A stretch of DNA of 64,000 nt from Pseudomonadota bacterium. Lineage in GTDB: Bacteria; Pseudomonadota; Gammaproteobacteria; Burkholderiales; Rhodocyclaceae. The notes beneath the pieces are model-generated. The model saw only the letters and a list, made by a program, of their open reading frames with translations. It did not search any database and was not told the origin of the DNA. Below are positions 20,609-32,672 of this stretch, in pieces. Position numbers and translations under genes: made by a program. The first letter of the stretch is position 1; every line of letters starts with the position of its first letter. The stretch is taken from NCBI GenBank assembly GCA_018240585.1, contig JAFEFM010000540.1:5198-69197 (forward strand). Direction: 5' to 3'.

Positions 20609-22714
20609 TCAGCGCAACTCGGGTGCGACCTTGCCGCTGATGACGCGCTGCAGCCGTTCGATGAGCTCGTTCCAGTCGATGCGTCGATTGTAGCCGATGA
20701 CATCCAGCGCCGGGACGCCGCCGCCGCGCACGATCACGAAGCCATCATCGGCGCGCCGGGCACCGGCAATGCCATCCGCCAGGCATACGTCCGCGCGCAG
20801 CACGCAGTGAAAGCCAAGCTCGCTATAGCCGAAGGTGTCGAACAGGCCGATCACGCCGCGCTGGATCGCTGCCGATGCGCCAGCACCGCCCAGCGCGCTG
20901 ATGTTCTGCACCGCCCGCTGGCTGATGCGGCGCGGATAGGAACCCGCGCTGCTGGCGATGCGCGCATCGAAGCGCACCGGCCGCCAGTGCATCAGCTCCA
21001 GCCCTCGGACATCCGCGTCGACGAAGCCGGTGATGCTGCCGAAACGGAAGGTATCGGTGAGTTGGGCAAGGTCGATATGCCGCGCCTCGATGTCGGCCGA
21101 CAGATGGGACGCAACGCCGAAAGGCTCGCGCACGCGCAGACCCGTCGCCTGCACGTAGCCGTCGAAAACCGACACCAGCAGCGCCCCCTCGAGCGCAATC
21201 TCGCCCGGGTGCAGTTTGAGCGCCGGAATGGAGGCGGCCAGCACGCCACCCATCGACGGCAGGCCGAGCGCCTCGGTGAGCAGGCGCATCGACACCGGCT
21301 CGACCACGACCTGGCCGCTACCGCGCCAGCCGTCGGTGCCACGCTGCATCGCCAGTCCGTCGAGGACCACTGCGCCGTCCAGCAACGGAATCGAACTGCG
21401 TGCGAACGCCAAGCGGTCTCCCTGAAGTTCGGCAGCAAGGGAGAACGGCCCGAGCGTCAGCCTCTCCCAACGCCCGCCGGCGACACTCACTTCAGCGCGC
21501 GACCCGGCCTTCGCCCGCCAGGGCACATGGCCGCTGACCGGCCCCAGTGCCAGCCCGCCACCGGCTGCACCCGGCAGGCTGAAGCCGGCTTGATCGAATG
21601 CCGCATCGACCTCGTCCAGCACGCCGTCGCGAACGTGCACGCCGGCACTGACATGCCCGGCGAAGCGCAGGCGCTCGGCCGCCTGCGGCGCGACCAGCGG
21701 TGCGATCCAGCGCGGCCCGACGATGGCGAGATCCGCACGTGATACCGTCAAGGCGCCATTGACCAGGTGCCGCCGCCGCAGGTCGATCACCGCCGTCGCG
21801 GCAAGCGCATCGACGCCCTCGAGCCGCAGTGAAGCGCGCTGCAGCTCGAGTCGATCGCCCTGCATCGTCCCTGCCACATCCAGCCTTGCACCGGCTTCGA
21901 GGAAGAACGGATGCCAGTAGGCCGCGCCCGAGCGCCAGTCGATGGAGCCCGCACCGCGCCAGCGCCCGCGCTGACGCGAGGCGTCGAAGCGGAAATCGAC
22001 ACCCAGCTTCTCGCCCGCGTGCAAACCGTCCGCACTGCCGAAGCTTCCACCGTCGATCGTGCCATGCACGATCAGGCGGCCGTCCGGCGCGGCGGCATCC
22101 TTCACCGCTCCGGGCGTCAGCCACTCGATCTCGCCATCCACGACCCCGCCCGCCTTCCATGCTGCAGGAGCGGCGACCAAGGGCTGCAGTAGCACCGCGG
22201 CGTCGGCGAGGGGTAGTCGTGCGATGCGTCCGTGGAGACGTCCATTGGCGTCGGCGTGAAAATCCGCGCGCGCCGCGCCCTCACCGCGGGCGATTGCGCT
22301 CGCCTTGCCCGTCTCGAGGTCGAGGTCGACGTCGATCCGCCAGGGCAGGTCTTCGCTGCCGATGCGCAGGCGCCCACCGCGACAGGAGATGAAGGGATAA
22401 CCGAGTTCTCCCTGCGCGCACCGCAGGGTCAGGCGGCGGAACTCGCTGGCGCCGATGCGCAATTGTGCGATCTCGAGTGTGAGGCTTGCAGCACCGCCAG
22501 CGGCATGCAGCGACAGATCGCGGATGGCAAACGCTGGATGGTCGACGCGGCTCACCGCCAGCGCCAGCCGGCCTGCACCAATCGTCATGGGTTCGGCGCG
22601 CGCCACCACCCAGAGCAAGCACGCGGCAAGGGCGATCGCGAACGCTCGCCACGCGCCGCGCAGGCGCCAGCCGTCAGGCGGGGAAGACACCCGTGGACAG
22701 ATAACGATCGCCAC
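20609..22714 (-). CDS. YdbH-like (AsmA-like) beta-rich intermembrane bridge protein; start uncertain (22714 or 22690)
   Basis: About 700 aa of amphipathic beta-strands; C-terminal FGYSELG...IGYNRRIDWNELIERL; followed by a lipoprotein and DUF1318 gene. Confidence 0.65.
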   Translation of the reverse strand: MAIVICPRVSSPPDGWRLRGAWRAFAIALAACLLWVVARAEPMTIGAGRLALAVSRVDHPAFAIRDLSLHAAGGAASLTLEIAQLRIGASEFRRLTLRCAQGELGYPFISCRGGRLRIGSEDLPWRIDVDLDLETGKASAIARGEGAARADFHADANGRLHGRIARLPLADAAVLLQPLVAAPAAWKAGGVVDGEIEWLTPGAVKDAAAPDGRLIVHGTIDGGSFGSADGLHAGEKLGVDFRFDASRQRGRWRGAGSIDWRSGAAYWHPFFLEAGARLDVAGTMQGDRLELQRASLRLEGVDALAATAVIDLRRRHLVNGALTVSRADLAIVGPRWIAPLVAPQAAERLRFAGHVSAGVHVRDGVLDEVDAAFDQAGFSLPGAAGGGLALGPVSGHVPWRAKAGSRAEVSVAGGRWERLTLGPFSLAAELQGDRLAFARSSIPLLDGAVVLDGLAMQRGTDGWRGSGQVVVEPVSMRLLTEALGLPSMGGVLAASIPALKLHPGEIALEGALLVSVFDGYVQATGLRVREPFGVASHLSADIEARHIDLAQLTDTFRFGSITGFVDADVRGLELMHWRPVRFDARIASSAGSYPRRISQRAVQNISALGGAGASAAIQRGVIGLFDTFGYSELGFHCVLRADVCLADGIAGARRADDGFVIVRGGGVPALDVIGYNRRIDWNELIERLQRVISGKVAPELR

Positions 22715-23564
22715 GGTCGCAAACGATGGTGACGATCACCGCGTTCTCGACCTCGGCTGCGATGCGCGTCGCCACATGCAGCGCACCGCCCGACGAGATG
22801 CCCGCGAAGATGCCTTCCTCGCGCGCCAGGCGGCGCGTCATCTCCTCGGCCGCGGCCTGGCTGACATTTTCGATCCGGTCCAGACGCGGGCGCTCGAAGA
22901 TGCGGGGCATGTAGGCTTCCGGCCATTTGCGGATGCCCGGAATCTGCGACCCTTCCTCAGGCTGGCAGCCGACGATCTGGATCGCCGGATTCCTTTCCTT
23001 CAGGAAACGCGAGGTGCCCATGATGGTGCCCGTCGTTCCCATGGAGCTGACGAAATGCGTGATGCGCCCGCCCGTCTGCTCCCACAGCTCCGGCCCCGTC
23101 CCCTCGTAATGCGCGAGCGGATTGTCGGGATTGCCGAACTGGTCGAGGATGATCCCCTTGCCTTCGTCACGCATGCGGTCGGCGATGTCGCGCGCCAGCT
23201 CCATGCCGCCCGATGTGGGCGTCAGCACGAGCTCGGCGCCGAAGGCGCGCATCGTCTGCCGGCGCTCCACGCTCTGGTTCTCGGGCATCACCAGGATCAT
23301 GCGGTAGCCGCGCATCGCCGCCGCCATCGCCAGAGCGATGCCGGTGTTGCCGCTGGTCGCTTCGATCAGCGTGTCGCCCGGCTTGATGTCGCCGCGCGCC
23401 TCGGCGCGCTGGATCATCGACAGCGCCGGCCTGTCCTTCACCGAACCGGCTGGGTTGTTGCCCTCGAGCTTGGCGAGGATGACGTTGTTGCGGCCGGCAT
23501 TGATGCGCTTGAGCCGCACCAGCGGCGTACCGCCTACGTAGTCTTCGAGCGTCCTGAATTCCAT
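22674..23564 (-). CDS. cysM: Cysteine synthase B
   Basis: KLEGNNPAGSVKDR (PLP Lys), EATSGNTG, DRGDRYLSTGVF. Confidence 0.95.
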   Translation of the reverse strand: MEFRTLEDYVGGTPLVRLKRINAGRNNVILAKLEGNNPAGSVKDRPALSMIQRAEARGDIKPGDTLIEATSGNTGIALAMAAAMRGYRMILVMPENQSVERRQTMRAFGAELVLTPTSGGMELARDIADRMRDEGKGIILDQFGNPDNPLAHYEGTGPELWEQTGGRITHFVSSMGTTGTIMGTSRFLKERNPAIQIVGCQPEEGSQIPGIRKWPEAYMPRIFERPRLDRIENVSQAAAEEMTRRLAREEGIFAGISSGGALHVATRIAAEVENAVIVTIVCDRGDRYLSTGVFPA

Positions 23565-23606
23565 TCCGGTTCCGATGTTCGCGTCCTTTGCAGCTTCGAC
23601 CACGGA

Positions 23607-24929
23607 TCAGCCGCGTCCGATCCCGTGATATTCGACTCCCGCCTCTCGCATCACCGCCGGGTCGTACATGTTGCGCCCGTCGAAGATCACCGGATGCTTC
23701 AGCGCACGGAGGATGCGCTCGAAATCCGGACTGCGGAACTCTTTCCACTCGGTCACGATCACCAGGGCGTCGGCACCGTCGACCGCCGCCATCGGACGCT
23801 CCACGTAGTCCAGGCGCGGCTCGTCGCCGAAGATGCGACGCGCCTCGTCCATCGCCACCGGGTCGTAGGCCACCGCCGTCGCACCGCGCCGGAAAAGCTC
23901 GGCCAGGATCACGCGACTGGGCGCATCGCGCATGTCGTCGGTGTTGGGTTTGAACGCCAGCCCCCACAGCGCGAAGCGCATGCCGCTCAGGTCCTCGCCG
24001 AAGCGGGCGACGATCTTGTCCACCAGGCGCAGCTTCTGCGCATCGTTGGCCGCCTCGACGGCATTGAGGAGCAGCAGGTCGTGGCCGTTCTCGTGGCCGG
24101 TACGCACCAGCGCCTTGACGTCCTTCGGGAAGCACGATCCGCCATAGCCGCAGCCGGCGTAGAGGAAGTGCCAGCCGATGCGCGGATCGGAGCCGATGCC
24201 CTGGCGCACCAGCTCGATGTCCGCGCCCAGCGTCTCGGCCAGGTTGGCGAGTTCGTTCATGAAGCTGATGCGGGTTGCCAGCATCGCGTTGGCGGCGTAC
24301 TTGGTCAGCTCCGCGCTGCGCACGTCCATCACCAGCAGCTTCTCGTGGCTGCGCTGGAAGGGGCCGTAGAGCTGGCGCATCAGCTCGATCGCGCGCTTGT
24401 CGTCGGCCCCCACGATGATGCGGTCGGGGCGCATGAAGTCCTCGACCGCGGCGCCCTCCTTGAGAAACTCGGGATTCGAGACGACCGCGAACGCCATGTC
24501 GGCACCGCGCCTGGCGAGTTCCTCGGCGATCACTGCCCTGACCTTGTCACCCGTTCCCACCGGCACGGTGGATTTGTCCACCACGACACGGTAGCCATCC
24601 ATGAAGCGGCCGATATTGCGCGCTGCCGCGAGGACGTATTGCAGATCCGCCGAGCCATCTTCGTCGGGCGGCGTGCCGACGGCAATGAACTGGATGGCGC
24701 CGTACTTCGCAGCGTGTTCGATGTCGGTGGTGAAGGACAGGCGGCCCGCGGCCACGTTGCGCCGCACGATCTCGAGCAGACCCGGCTCGTGGATGGGGAT
24801 TCCGCCTTCTTCGAGGATGCGGATCTTGTTCGGATCGACGTCGAGGCACAGCACGTCGTTGCCGACGTCCGCCAGGCAGGCGCCACTGACGAGGCCCACA
24901 TAGCCGGTACCAACCACGGTGATTTTCAT
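23607..24929 (-). CDS. ugd: UDP-glucose 6-dehydrogenase
   Basis: [35 protein letters not shown]. Confidence 0.93.
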   Translation of the reverse strand: MKITVVGTGYVGLVSGACLADVGNDVLCLDVDPNKIRILEEGGIPIHEPGLLEIVRRNVAAGRLSFTTDIEHAAKYGAIQFIAVGTPPDEDGSADLQYVLAAARNIGRFMDGYRVVVDKSTVPVGTGDKVRAVIAEELARRGADMAFAVVSNPEFLKEGAAVEDFMRPDRIIVGADDKRAIELMRQLYGPFQRSHEKLLVMDVRSAELTKYAANAMLATRISFMNELANLAETLGADIELVRQGIGSDPRIGWHFLYAGCGYGGSCFPKDVKALVRTGHENGHDLLLLNAVEAANDAQKLRLVDKIVARFGEDLSGMRFALWGLAFKPNTDDMRDAPSRVILAELFRRGATAVAYDPVAMDEARRIFGDEPRLDYVERPMAAVDGADALVIVTEWKEFRSPDFERILRALKHPVIFDGRNMYDPAVMREAGVEYHGIGRG

Positions 24930-24974
24930 GCTGGACAGATCCTGAAGAAATTGAATGTCGGTGACCGCCGCCGC

Positions 24975-26150
24975 TCAGGGCATCAGATCGAATTCTTCGG
25001 TCCGGCGCGGCGGATAGGTTTCCCAGCCACCGCAGGCCGGACAGCGCCAGTGGAACTGGCGCGCCTTGAAGCCGCACGCATCGCAACGATAGCGCGCAAC
25101 CTTGCGCGTGTGACCATGGATGAGCTGCTTGACGAGCTCGATGTCGGAGCGCTGGTCCGCCGGCGCGGTCAGCAACGCGGCTTCCAGCAGCTTGTCGAGG
25201 CCGAGCAGCGTCGGGTTGCGCTTGAGTTCCTCGCGCACCAGTTCATAAGCGGTCTTGGCGCCATGCTTTTCCAGCTCCCAGCGGAACAGCTCGTCGAGCA
25301 GGTCCAGCGAGGCATGGTTCTCGAGCCAGGCGCGCAGCAACTGGTGGCCCTGCTCGAGGCGGCCGAGGCGCCCGTATGCGTCCATCACCCGCTCGGCCAC
25401 CAGCGCGAGGTAAACCGGGTCTTGCGTTTCGATCCGCTTCCACGCCTCAAGCGCATCTTCGTCGCGCCCTTCGGCCACCAGCAGGTCGCCCAGCAGCAGG
25501 CTGGCACGCACGCTGCGCCGGTTGACCGCCAGCGCCTCATCGAGATGAGGACGCACTTCGTCGAAGCGCGAGTTGGCGAGCGCACTCGCGGCGAGCTCAC
25601 AGTGGAAGTTGGCCACTTCACGCCGCCACATCACGCTTTCGTGATTGGGCAGGGCACGCGCGATGTCGATTGCCTTGGCCCAGTCCTTCTCCTGCTGGTA
25701 AATCTCGAGCAGGTACTGAAGCGCCACCGCGTCGGCACGCGTGTCGCGCAACTTGAGGAACACCGCCTCGGCACGATCGAGCAGCCCCGCCTTGAGGAAG
25801 TCCTGCCCCAGTTCGCTCAGCGCTTGCAGCCGCTGCTCCTCGTCGAGGTCCTCGCGATCGACCAGCAGTTGATGGATGCGGATCGCACGATCGGTTTCAC
25901 CCCGGCGCCGGAACAGGCTGCCGAGCGCAAAATGCAGCTCGACCGTCTGTGGATCGATGCGCACCGCCTCGACGAACGCATCGATCGCCTTGTCGGGCTG
26001 CTCGTTGAGCAGGAAGTTCAGTCCGTTGAGGTAGGAACGCGGCAAGGCGCGCGATTCCTGCACCACCTGCCGGATGTCGATGCGTGCGGCCAGCCAGCCC
26101 AGGGCGAAGAAAAGGGGCAGCGCGAGCAGCCACCAGAATTCGATGTCCAT
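24975..26150 (-). CDS. lapB: LPS assembly/regulatory protein LapB (YciM)
   Basis: N-terminal TM, TPR array, C-terminal rubredoxin CDACG...CPACG. Confidence 0.93.
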   Translation of the reverse strand: MDIEFWWLLALPLFFALGWLAARIDIRQVVQESRALPRSYLNGLNFLLNEQPDKAIDAFVEAVRIDPQTVELHFALGSLFRRRGETDRAIRIHQLLVDREDLDEEQRLQALSELGQDFLKAGLLDRAEAVFLKLRDTRADAVALQYLLEIYQQEKDWAKAIDIARALPNHESVMWRREVANFHCELAASALANSRFDEVRPHLDEALAVNRRSVRASLLLGDLLVAEGRDEDALEAWKRIETQDPVYLALVAERVMDAYGRLGRLEQGHQLLRAWLENHASLDLLDELFRWELEKHGAKTAYELVREELKRNPTLLGLDKLLEAALLTAPADQRSDIELVKQLIHGHTRKVARYRCDACGFKARQFHWRCPACGGWETYPPRRTEEFDLMP

Positions 26151-26156
26151 GCTTGC

Positions 26157-26462
26157 TCAGAGCGGTTCGGCAGTAACCGCGTCGGCAGCCGGCGCGACGG
26201 GTTCGGTCTGGCTGCGTTCCATGCGCTCGACCTGGCGGCGCAGCCGGCGGATCTCGCGGTGCTTGCGCAGCAACGAAGCGAACGTGGCCGTTACGCCGAG
26301 CAGGGCACCCGCAGCGAAACTCAGCAGGATCACGAACACCAGCGGCAACTGCCATTGCCAGCCGAAAAAGAAGAACAGGTTCGCCAGGTGGTCGTTCTTG
26401 ACCGCGAACCCGAACAGCAGGAAGAACAGCAGCAGGCGGAGAATCCAGATCAATGCGCGCAT
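26157..26462 (-). CDS. lapA: LPS assembly protein LapA
   Basis: Two TM segments, FAVKND, QLPL; upstream of lapB. Confidence 0.85.
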   Translation of the reverse strand: MRALIWILRLLLFFLLFGFAVKNDHLANLFFFFGWQWQLPLVFVILLSFAAGALLGVTATFASLLRKHREIRRLRRQVERMERSQTEPVAPAADAVTAEPL

Positions 26463-26490
26463 GGGTCCGCATTATCCCCGAGCAAATGAC

Positions 26491-26518
26491 AAAAAAGAAG
26501 GCGGCCGTAGCCGCCTTC
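26491..26518 (-). terminator. Intrinsic terminator after ihfB
   Basis: GAAGGCGGC-TACG-GCCGCCTTC followed by TTTTTT on minus. Confidence 0.8.
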
Positions 26519-26553
26519 CAGAACATCAACAAAAACAACCCGTCGCCGCGCGG

Positions 26554-26838
26554 TCACTCGCAGAGGTCCACCCGCTCGCGCAACTCCTTGCCGGCCTTGA
26601 AATGCGGCACGTACTTTTCCGGCACATGCACCTTCTCGCCCGATTTCGGATTGCGCCCCACGCGGGGTGGACGGTAATTCAGTGCGAAACTTCCGAACCC
26701 GCGGATCTCGATGCGATCACCGCGCGCAAGCGCGTCGGACATCGCATCGAGGATCATCTTGACCGCGTAATCGGCATCCTTAGCAACCAGTTGCGGAAAA
26801 CGAGCCGCAAGCTGGGCGATCAGCTCCGATTTGGTCAT
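26554..26838 (-). CDS. ihfB: Integration host factor beta
   Basis: [24 protein letters not shown]. Confidence 0.97.
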   Translation of the reverse strand: MTKSELIAQLAARFPQLVAKDADYAVKMILDAMSDALARGDRIEIRGFGSFALNYRPPRVGRNPKSGEKVHVPEKYVPHFKAGKELRERVDLCE

Positions 26839-26849
26839 GACGGGGTGAA

Positions 26850-28553
<1,704 letters not shown>

Positions 28554-28638
28554 AAAGGAAAAGATCCGGAACCGCCGTGCGACGGCAAACTAGGTTGGTT
28601 TAGGGACAGTGCCGGGCAACCGTCCGTCTCCCGGCAAG

Positions 28639-30591
28639 CTAACCGGCGGCCCGCCCCCGACCCCGCACGAGATCGAGAACGAAAGCCACGGCCGCGTCGA
28701 CATCCATGCTGGTCGTGTCGAGCAGCGCCGCATCCGGCAACTTCTGCAGCGGCGCCACGGTGCGGGCGGCATCGCGCGCATCCCGTTCCCGCAGGTCCTG
28801 CAGAAGACTTTCCATGTTAGCAGGCAAACCCTTTTCCATCAACTGCTTATGGCGCCGTTCGGCGCGGGCTTCGACCGAGGCGGTAAGAAAGATCTTGACC
28901 GGCGCATCGGGGAAGATCACCGAGCCCATGTCCCGCCCTTCGGCCACCAGCCCGGGCCCGGCCCGGTAGTCGCGCTGGCGGTCGAAAAGCGCTTCGCGCA
29001 CGGCCGGCAGCACGGCGACGCGGGAGGCGCCTGCCGAACAGGCCTCGCTGCGGATCGCGTCGGTGACGTCGTCGCCCGCCAGCCACACACGCCCGTCGGC
29101 GAAACGTGCCTGCAGCGACGCCGCGACCGGCCCCAGTGCAGCCTCGTCGTCGAGCGAGACACCCGCGCGGCTCGCTGCGAGCGCCACGAGGCGGTACAGA
29201 GAGCCGCTGTCCAGGTAGTGCCAGCCCAGCGCCGCAGCGACTGCTGCCGCCACGGTGCCCTTGCCCGATGCGGACGGCCCGTCGATGGCGACCACCGGCA
29301 CCGGATGCGCCACCGAGCCGAAGGCGACGAAATAATCGGGAAAAGTCTTATTGACGCACTTCGGGTCGTTGATGCGCACCCGGCAGGCGCCCAGGCTGAC
29401 GAGCGAGAAGCACATCGCCATGCGATGGTCGTCGTAGGTGTCGATCGCTGCGGGCACGAGCTTCGCCGGCGGCGACACGCGCAGAAAATCGGCTCCCTCC
29501 TCCACCTCGGCACCCACCTTGCGCAGTTCGTTCGCCATCGCGGCGATGCGGTCGGTCTCCTTGACGCGCCAGCTCGCGATGTTGCGCAGCGTGCACGGCC
29601 CGTCCGCGAACAGCGCGGCCACGGCGAGCGTCATCGCCGCATCCGGAATGTGGTTGAGGTCGAGGTCGAAAGCACGCAGCCGGCCATCGGCCGGTGCGGC
29701 GGCCTCGATCCAGTTGTCTCCCATCGCGATGCGAGCGCCGAGCTGCTGCAGCGCCTCTGCAAACAGCACGTCGCCCTGGATGCTGCCGCGCCCGACCCCC
29801 TCCACGCGCACCGGCCCACCGCCGATCGCACCGGCGGCAAGGAAGTAGGACGCCGAGGACGCATCGCCTTCCACGTACACCGTGCCCGGGCTGCGGTAGC
29901 GCACCCCGCCCGGCACCACGAAGCGGGACCAGCCCTCGCGCTTCACGTCGACGCCGAAGCGCGTCATCAGCTCCAGCGTGATCGCGATGTAGGGCCTGGA
30001 AATCAGCTCGCCCACGACCTCGATCGTCGTCTCCACGCCGGTCAGCGGCAGCGCCATCAACAGCGCGGTGAGGAACTGGCTCGACACGTCGCCGCGCACC
30101 CGCACGACGCCACCCGGACGGATCGCAGCCGGCTTCAGGTGCAGCGGCGGATAGCCTTCATTCGCGGTGCAGGTGATGTCGGCGCCGAGTTGGCGCAGCG
30201 CATGGACCAGATCACCGATCGGCCGCTCGTGCATGCGTGGCACGCCGGACAGGCGATATTCGCCGCCCGACAGCGCGAGCGCCGCCGTCAGCGGCCGGAA
30301 GGCGGTGCCGGCGTTGCCCAGGAACAGGTCGGCCGACTTCACCGGAAAAGGCCCGCCGACACCCGCCACACGGTAGTTCAGGCTGTCGCCCTCGCGCCGC
30401 CAGGCCACTCCCAGGGTCCGCAGCGCGTCGAGCATGCGATCGACGTCGTCCGACGACAGCAGGTCGCGGATGTCGGTTTCGCCTTCGGCCAGCGCAGCCA
30501 GCAGCAGCACGCGATTGGAGATGCTCTTGGAGCCGGGCAGACGCACCGTGCCCGCGGCGCCCAGCATCGGGGGCAGATCGAGAAATTCCAT
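28639..30591 (-). CDS. aroA-cmk: Bifunctional EPSP synthase / cytidylate kinase
   Basis: [30 protein letters not shown] (AroA) fused in frame to [18 protein letters not shown] (Cmk). Confidence 0.93.
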   Translation of the reverse strand: MEFLDLPPMLGAAGTVRLPGSKSISNRVLLLAALAEGETDIRDLLSSDDVDRMLDALRTLGVAWRREGDSLNYRVAGVGGPFPVKSADLFLGNAGTAFRPLTAALALSGGEYRLSGVPRMHERPIGDLVHALRQLGADITCTANEGYPPLHLKPAAIRPGGVVRVRGDVSSQFLTALLMALPLTGVETTIEVVGELISRPYIAITLELMTRFGVDVKREGWSRFVVPGGVRYRSPGTVYVEGDASSASYFLAAGAIGGGPVRVEGVGRGSIQGDVLFAEALQQLGARIAMGDNWIEAAAPADGRLRAFDLDLNHIPDAAMTLAVAALFADGPCTLRNIASWRVKETDRIAAMANELRKVGAEVEEGADFLRVSPPAKLVPAAIDTYDDHRMAMCFSLVSLGACRVRINDPKCVNKTFPDYFVAFGSVAHPVPVVAIDGPSASGKGTVAAAVAAALGWHYLDSGSLYRLVALAASRAGVSLDDEAALGPVAASLQARFADGRVWLAGDDVTDAIRSEACSAGASRVAVLPAVREALFDRQRDYRAGPGLVAEGRDMGSVIFPDAPVKIFLTASVEARAERRHKQLMEKGLPANMESLLQDLRERDARDAARTVAPLQKLPDAALLDTTSMDVDAAVAFVLDLVRGRGRAAG

Positions 30592-30644
30592 CATCACCTC
30601 GGAAGGAAACACGCGGCGGGACGGCGCTGATGCGCCGCACCCCG

Positions 30645-31538
30645 TCATTCGGCCGTCTGGACGGGCAACCCCTCGGCCCAGGCGTTACGCGCACGCCGCG
30701 CGTTGTCGAAAACCGCCTCGAGCCCTGCCCCATCGCGCGCTGCAAGCAGGCGCCTGAGCTGGGCCAGCTCGGCGACGTACTGGTCGAGCTCGACGAGCAG
30801 CGCCTCGCCATTGGCCAAGCAGATGTCGCGCCACATCTCGGGATGGCTGCCGGCGATGCGGGTGAAATCGCGAAAGCCTCCCGCGGCGTGCGAGAACAGC
30901 AGCTCCGCATTGGGCCGCCGCGCCAGGTCGTCGACCAGGCCGAACGCCAGCAGATGCGGCAGATGGCTCACGGCGGCAAAGACGCGGTCATGCTCCTGCG
31001 GCGAGGCCGCGCTGACGCCAGCCCCGCACGCGATCCACGCTGCGCGCACCATGTCCACTGCCTGCGGCACGTTTTCGGGCAAGGGCGTCACCACCACGCG
31101 GCGCTTGTCGTAGAGCCCGGCAAAGGCCGCATCCACCCCGCTCTTCTCGGCACCGGCGATGGGATGGGCCGGCACCACCGTGGGGAGCTGCGCGCCGAGG
31201 TGGCGATACACCGCGTCGACCACGTCGCGCTTGGTGCTGCCGGCATCGGTGACGATGGTCCCCGGCCGCAGGTGCGGCGCCATCGCCGCCATGATGGCGT
31301 CCATCTGGCCGACGGGCGTCGCGAGCAGCACCATGTCGGCACCGTCGAGCGCATCCGCCCAGCCCACGGCGATTTCGTCGATCACGCCGAGCGCCAGGGC
31401 ACGTTCGAGCGGCGCACGGCTGCGGCCGATGCCGACCACGCGGCCGACCTCGCCGGCGCGTTTCAGGGCCAGCGCGAACGAGCCGCCAATCAGGCCGACG
31501 CCGCACACCACCAGCTTGCCGATCAGGGGCATGACCAT
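30645..31538 (-). CDS. tyrA: Prephenate/arogenate dehydrogenase
   Basis: [37 protein letters not shown]. Confidence 0.92.
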   Translation of the reverse strand: MVMPLIGKLVVCGVGLIGGSFALALKRAGEVGRVVGIGRSRAPLERALALGVIDEIAVGWADALDGADMVLLATPVGQMDAIMAAMAPHLRPGTIVTDAGSTKRDVVDAVYRHLGAQLPTVVPAHPIAGAEKSGVDAAFAGLYDKRRVVVTPLPENVPQAVDMVRAAWIACGAGVSAASPQEHDRVFAAVSHLPHLLAFGLVDDLARRPNAELLFSHAAGGFRDFTRIAGSHPEMWRDICLANGEALLVELDQYVAELAQLRRLLAARDGAGLEAVFDNARRARNAWAEGLPVQTAE

Positions 31539-31553
31539 CGACCTCCGCGAAAG

Positions 31554-32651
31554 TCAGGCGAGCGCCTGCTCGAGCGCCTCGATGAAGCGCGCGTTTTCCT
31601 CGGGCAGGCCGATCGACACGCGCAACCACTGCGGCATGCCGTAGCCGGCGATCGGGCGCACGATGACGCCCTGGCGCAGCAGCGACTGGTTGACCGCTGC
31701 GGCATCACCCACCTTGACGGTGACGAAGTTGCCGGCCGACGGGATCCACTCCAGACCCAGCGCCGCAAAGGCTGCGGTGAGCTGCGCCATGCCACGGCGA
31801 TTGATGTCGGCGCTGCGGGCGAGAAACTCCTCATCCGCCAGCACTGCCTCGGCCGCTGCCAGAGCGATATTGGACACGTTGAACGGCTGACGCACACGGT
31901 TCATCAGGTCGGCGACGTCAGGATGGGCGATGGCGTAGCCGACGCGCAGCCCCGCCAGGCCATAGGCCTTGGACAGCGTGCGCGACACCAGCAGGTTGGG
32001 GTAGCGGTCGACCCAGGCGATGGCGTCGTAGCGTTGATCGTCGGCCAGGTATTCGGTGTAGGCCTCGTCCAGCACCACCAGCACGTCCTGCGGCACCTTG
32101 CGCAGGAAAGCCTCGATCTGCGGCCCGGGGATGAAGGTACCGGTGGGGTTGTTCGGGTTGGCGATGAACACGATGCGCGTGTCGGGCGCGATGGCCGCCG
32201 CCATGGCGTCGAGATCGTGGCCGAAGTTCCTTGCCGGCACTTCGATGCCGCGCGCGCCCCGGGCGTTGGTCGCCAACGGATACACGGCGAAGGCGTGCTG
32301 CGCATACACCGCAGACAGACCCGGCGCGAGGAAGGCCTGGGTGGCGATCTCCAGCACGTCGTTCGAGCCGTTACCGACCACGAGCTGTTCTTGGCGCACG
32401 CCGAACTTGCGGCACAGCGCGGCCTTGAACGCGAACGCGCTGCCATCCGGATAGCGCGCCCCCTCGCACAGCGCGCGCTTCGCGGCTTCGCGGGCTGCAG
32501 CGCTCATGCCCAACGGATTCTCGTTGGAGGCGAGCTTGACGATGCCGGCCTCGGGAATGCCCATCTCGCGCGCCAGCTCGGAAATCGGCTTGCCCGGCTG
32601 GTAGGGCATGATGGAACGGATGTAGGAAGGGGCCTGACTGGCAACGCTCAT
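31554..32651 (-). CDS. hisC: Histidinol-phosphate aminotransferase
   Basis: KLASNENP, ANPNNPTG, DEAY, RTLSKAYGLAGLRVG. Confidence 0.92.
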   Translation of the reverse strand: MSVASQAPSYIRSIMPYQPGKPISELAREMGIPEAGIVKLASNENPLGMSAAAREAAKRALCEGARYPDGSAFAFKAALCRKFGVRQEQLVVGNGSNDVLEIATQAFLAPGLSAVYAQHAFAVYPLATNARGARGIEVPARNFGHDLDAMAAAIAPDTRIVFIANPNNPTGTFIPGPQIEAFLRKVPQDVLVVLDEAYTEYLADDQRYDAIAWVDRYPNLLVSRTLSKAYGLAGLRVGYAIAHPDVADLMNRVRQPFNVSNIALAAAEAVLADEEFLARSADINRRGMAQLTAAFAALGLEWIPSAGNFVTVKVGDAAAVNQSLLRQGVIVRPIAGYGMPQWLRVSIGLPEENARFIEALEQALA

Positions 32652-32672
32652 GAGCTGCTCCCGGAAATCAGT

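Noticed and set aside
23565-23606. No heptose genes (hldE/hldD) between ugd and cysM, where I recall them in some Betaproteobacteria
   Set aside because: Absence from one window says nothing about the genome, and the synteny expectation is from memory.
22455-26489. Very long antisense ORFs (also 30237-33848, 16455-18752, 35265-37703, 51491-53977)
   Set aside because: They mirror well-supported genes on the opposite strand; this is expected with high-GC codon bias, and they show no recognisable domains.
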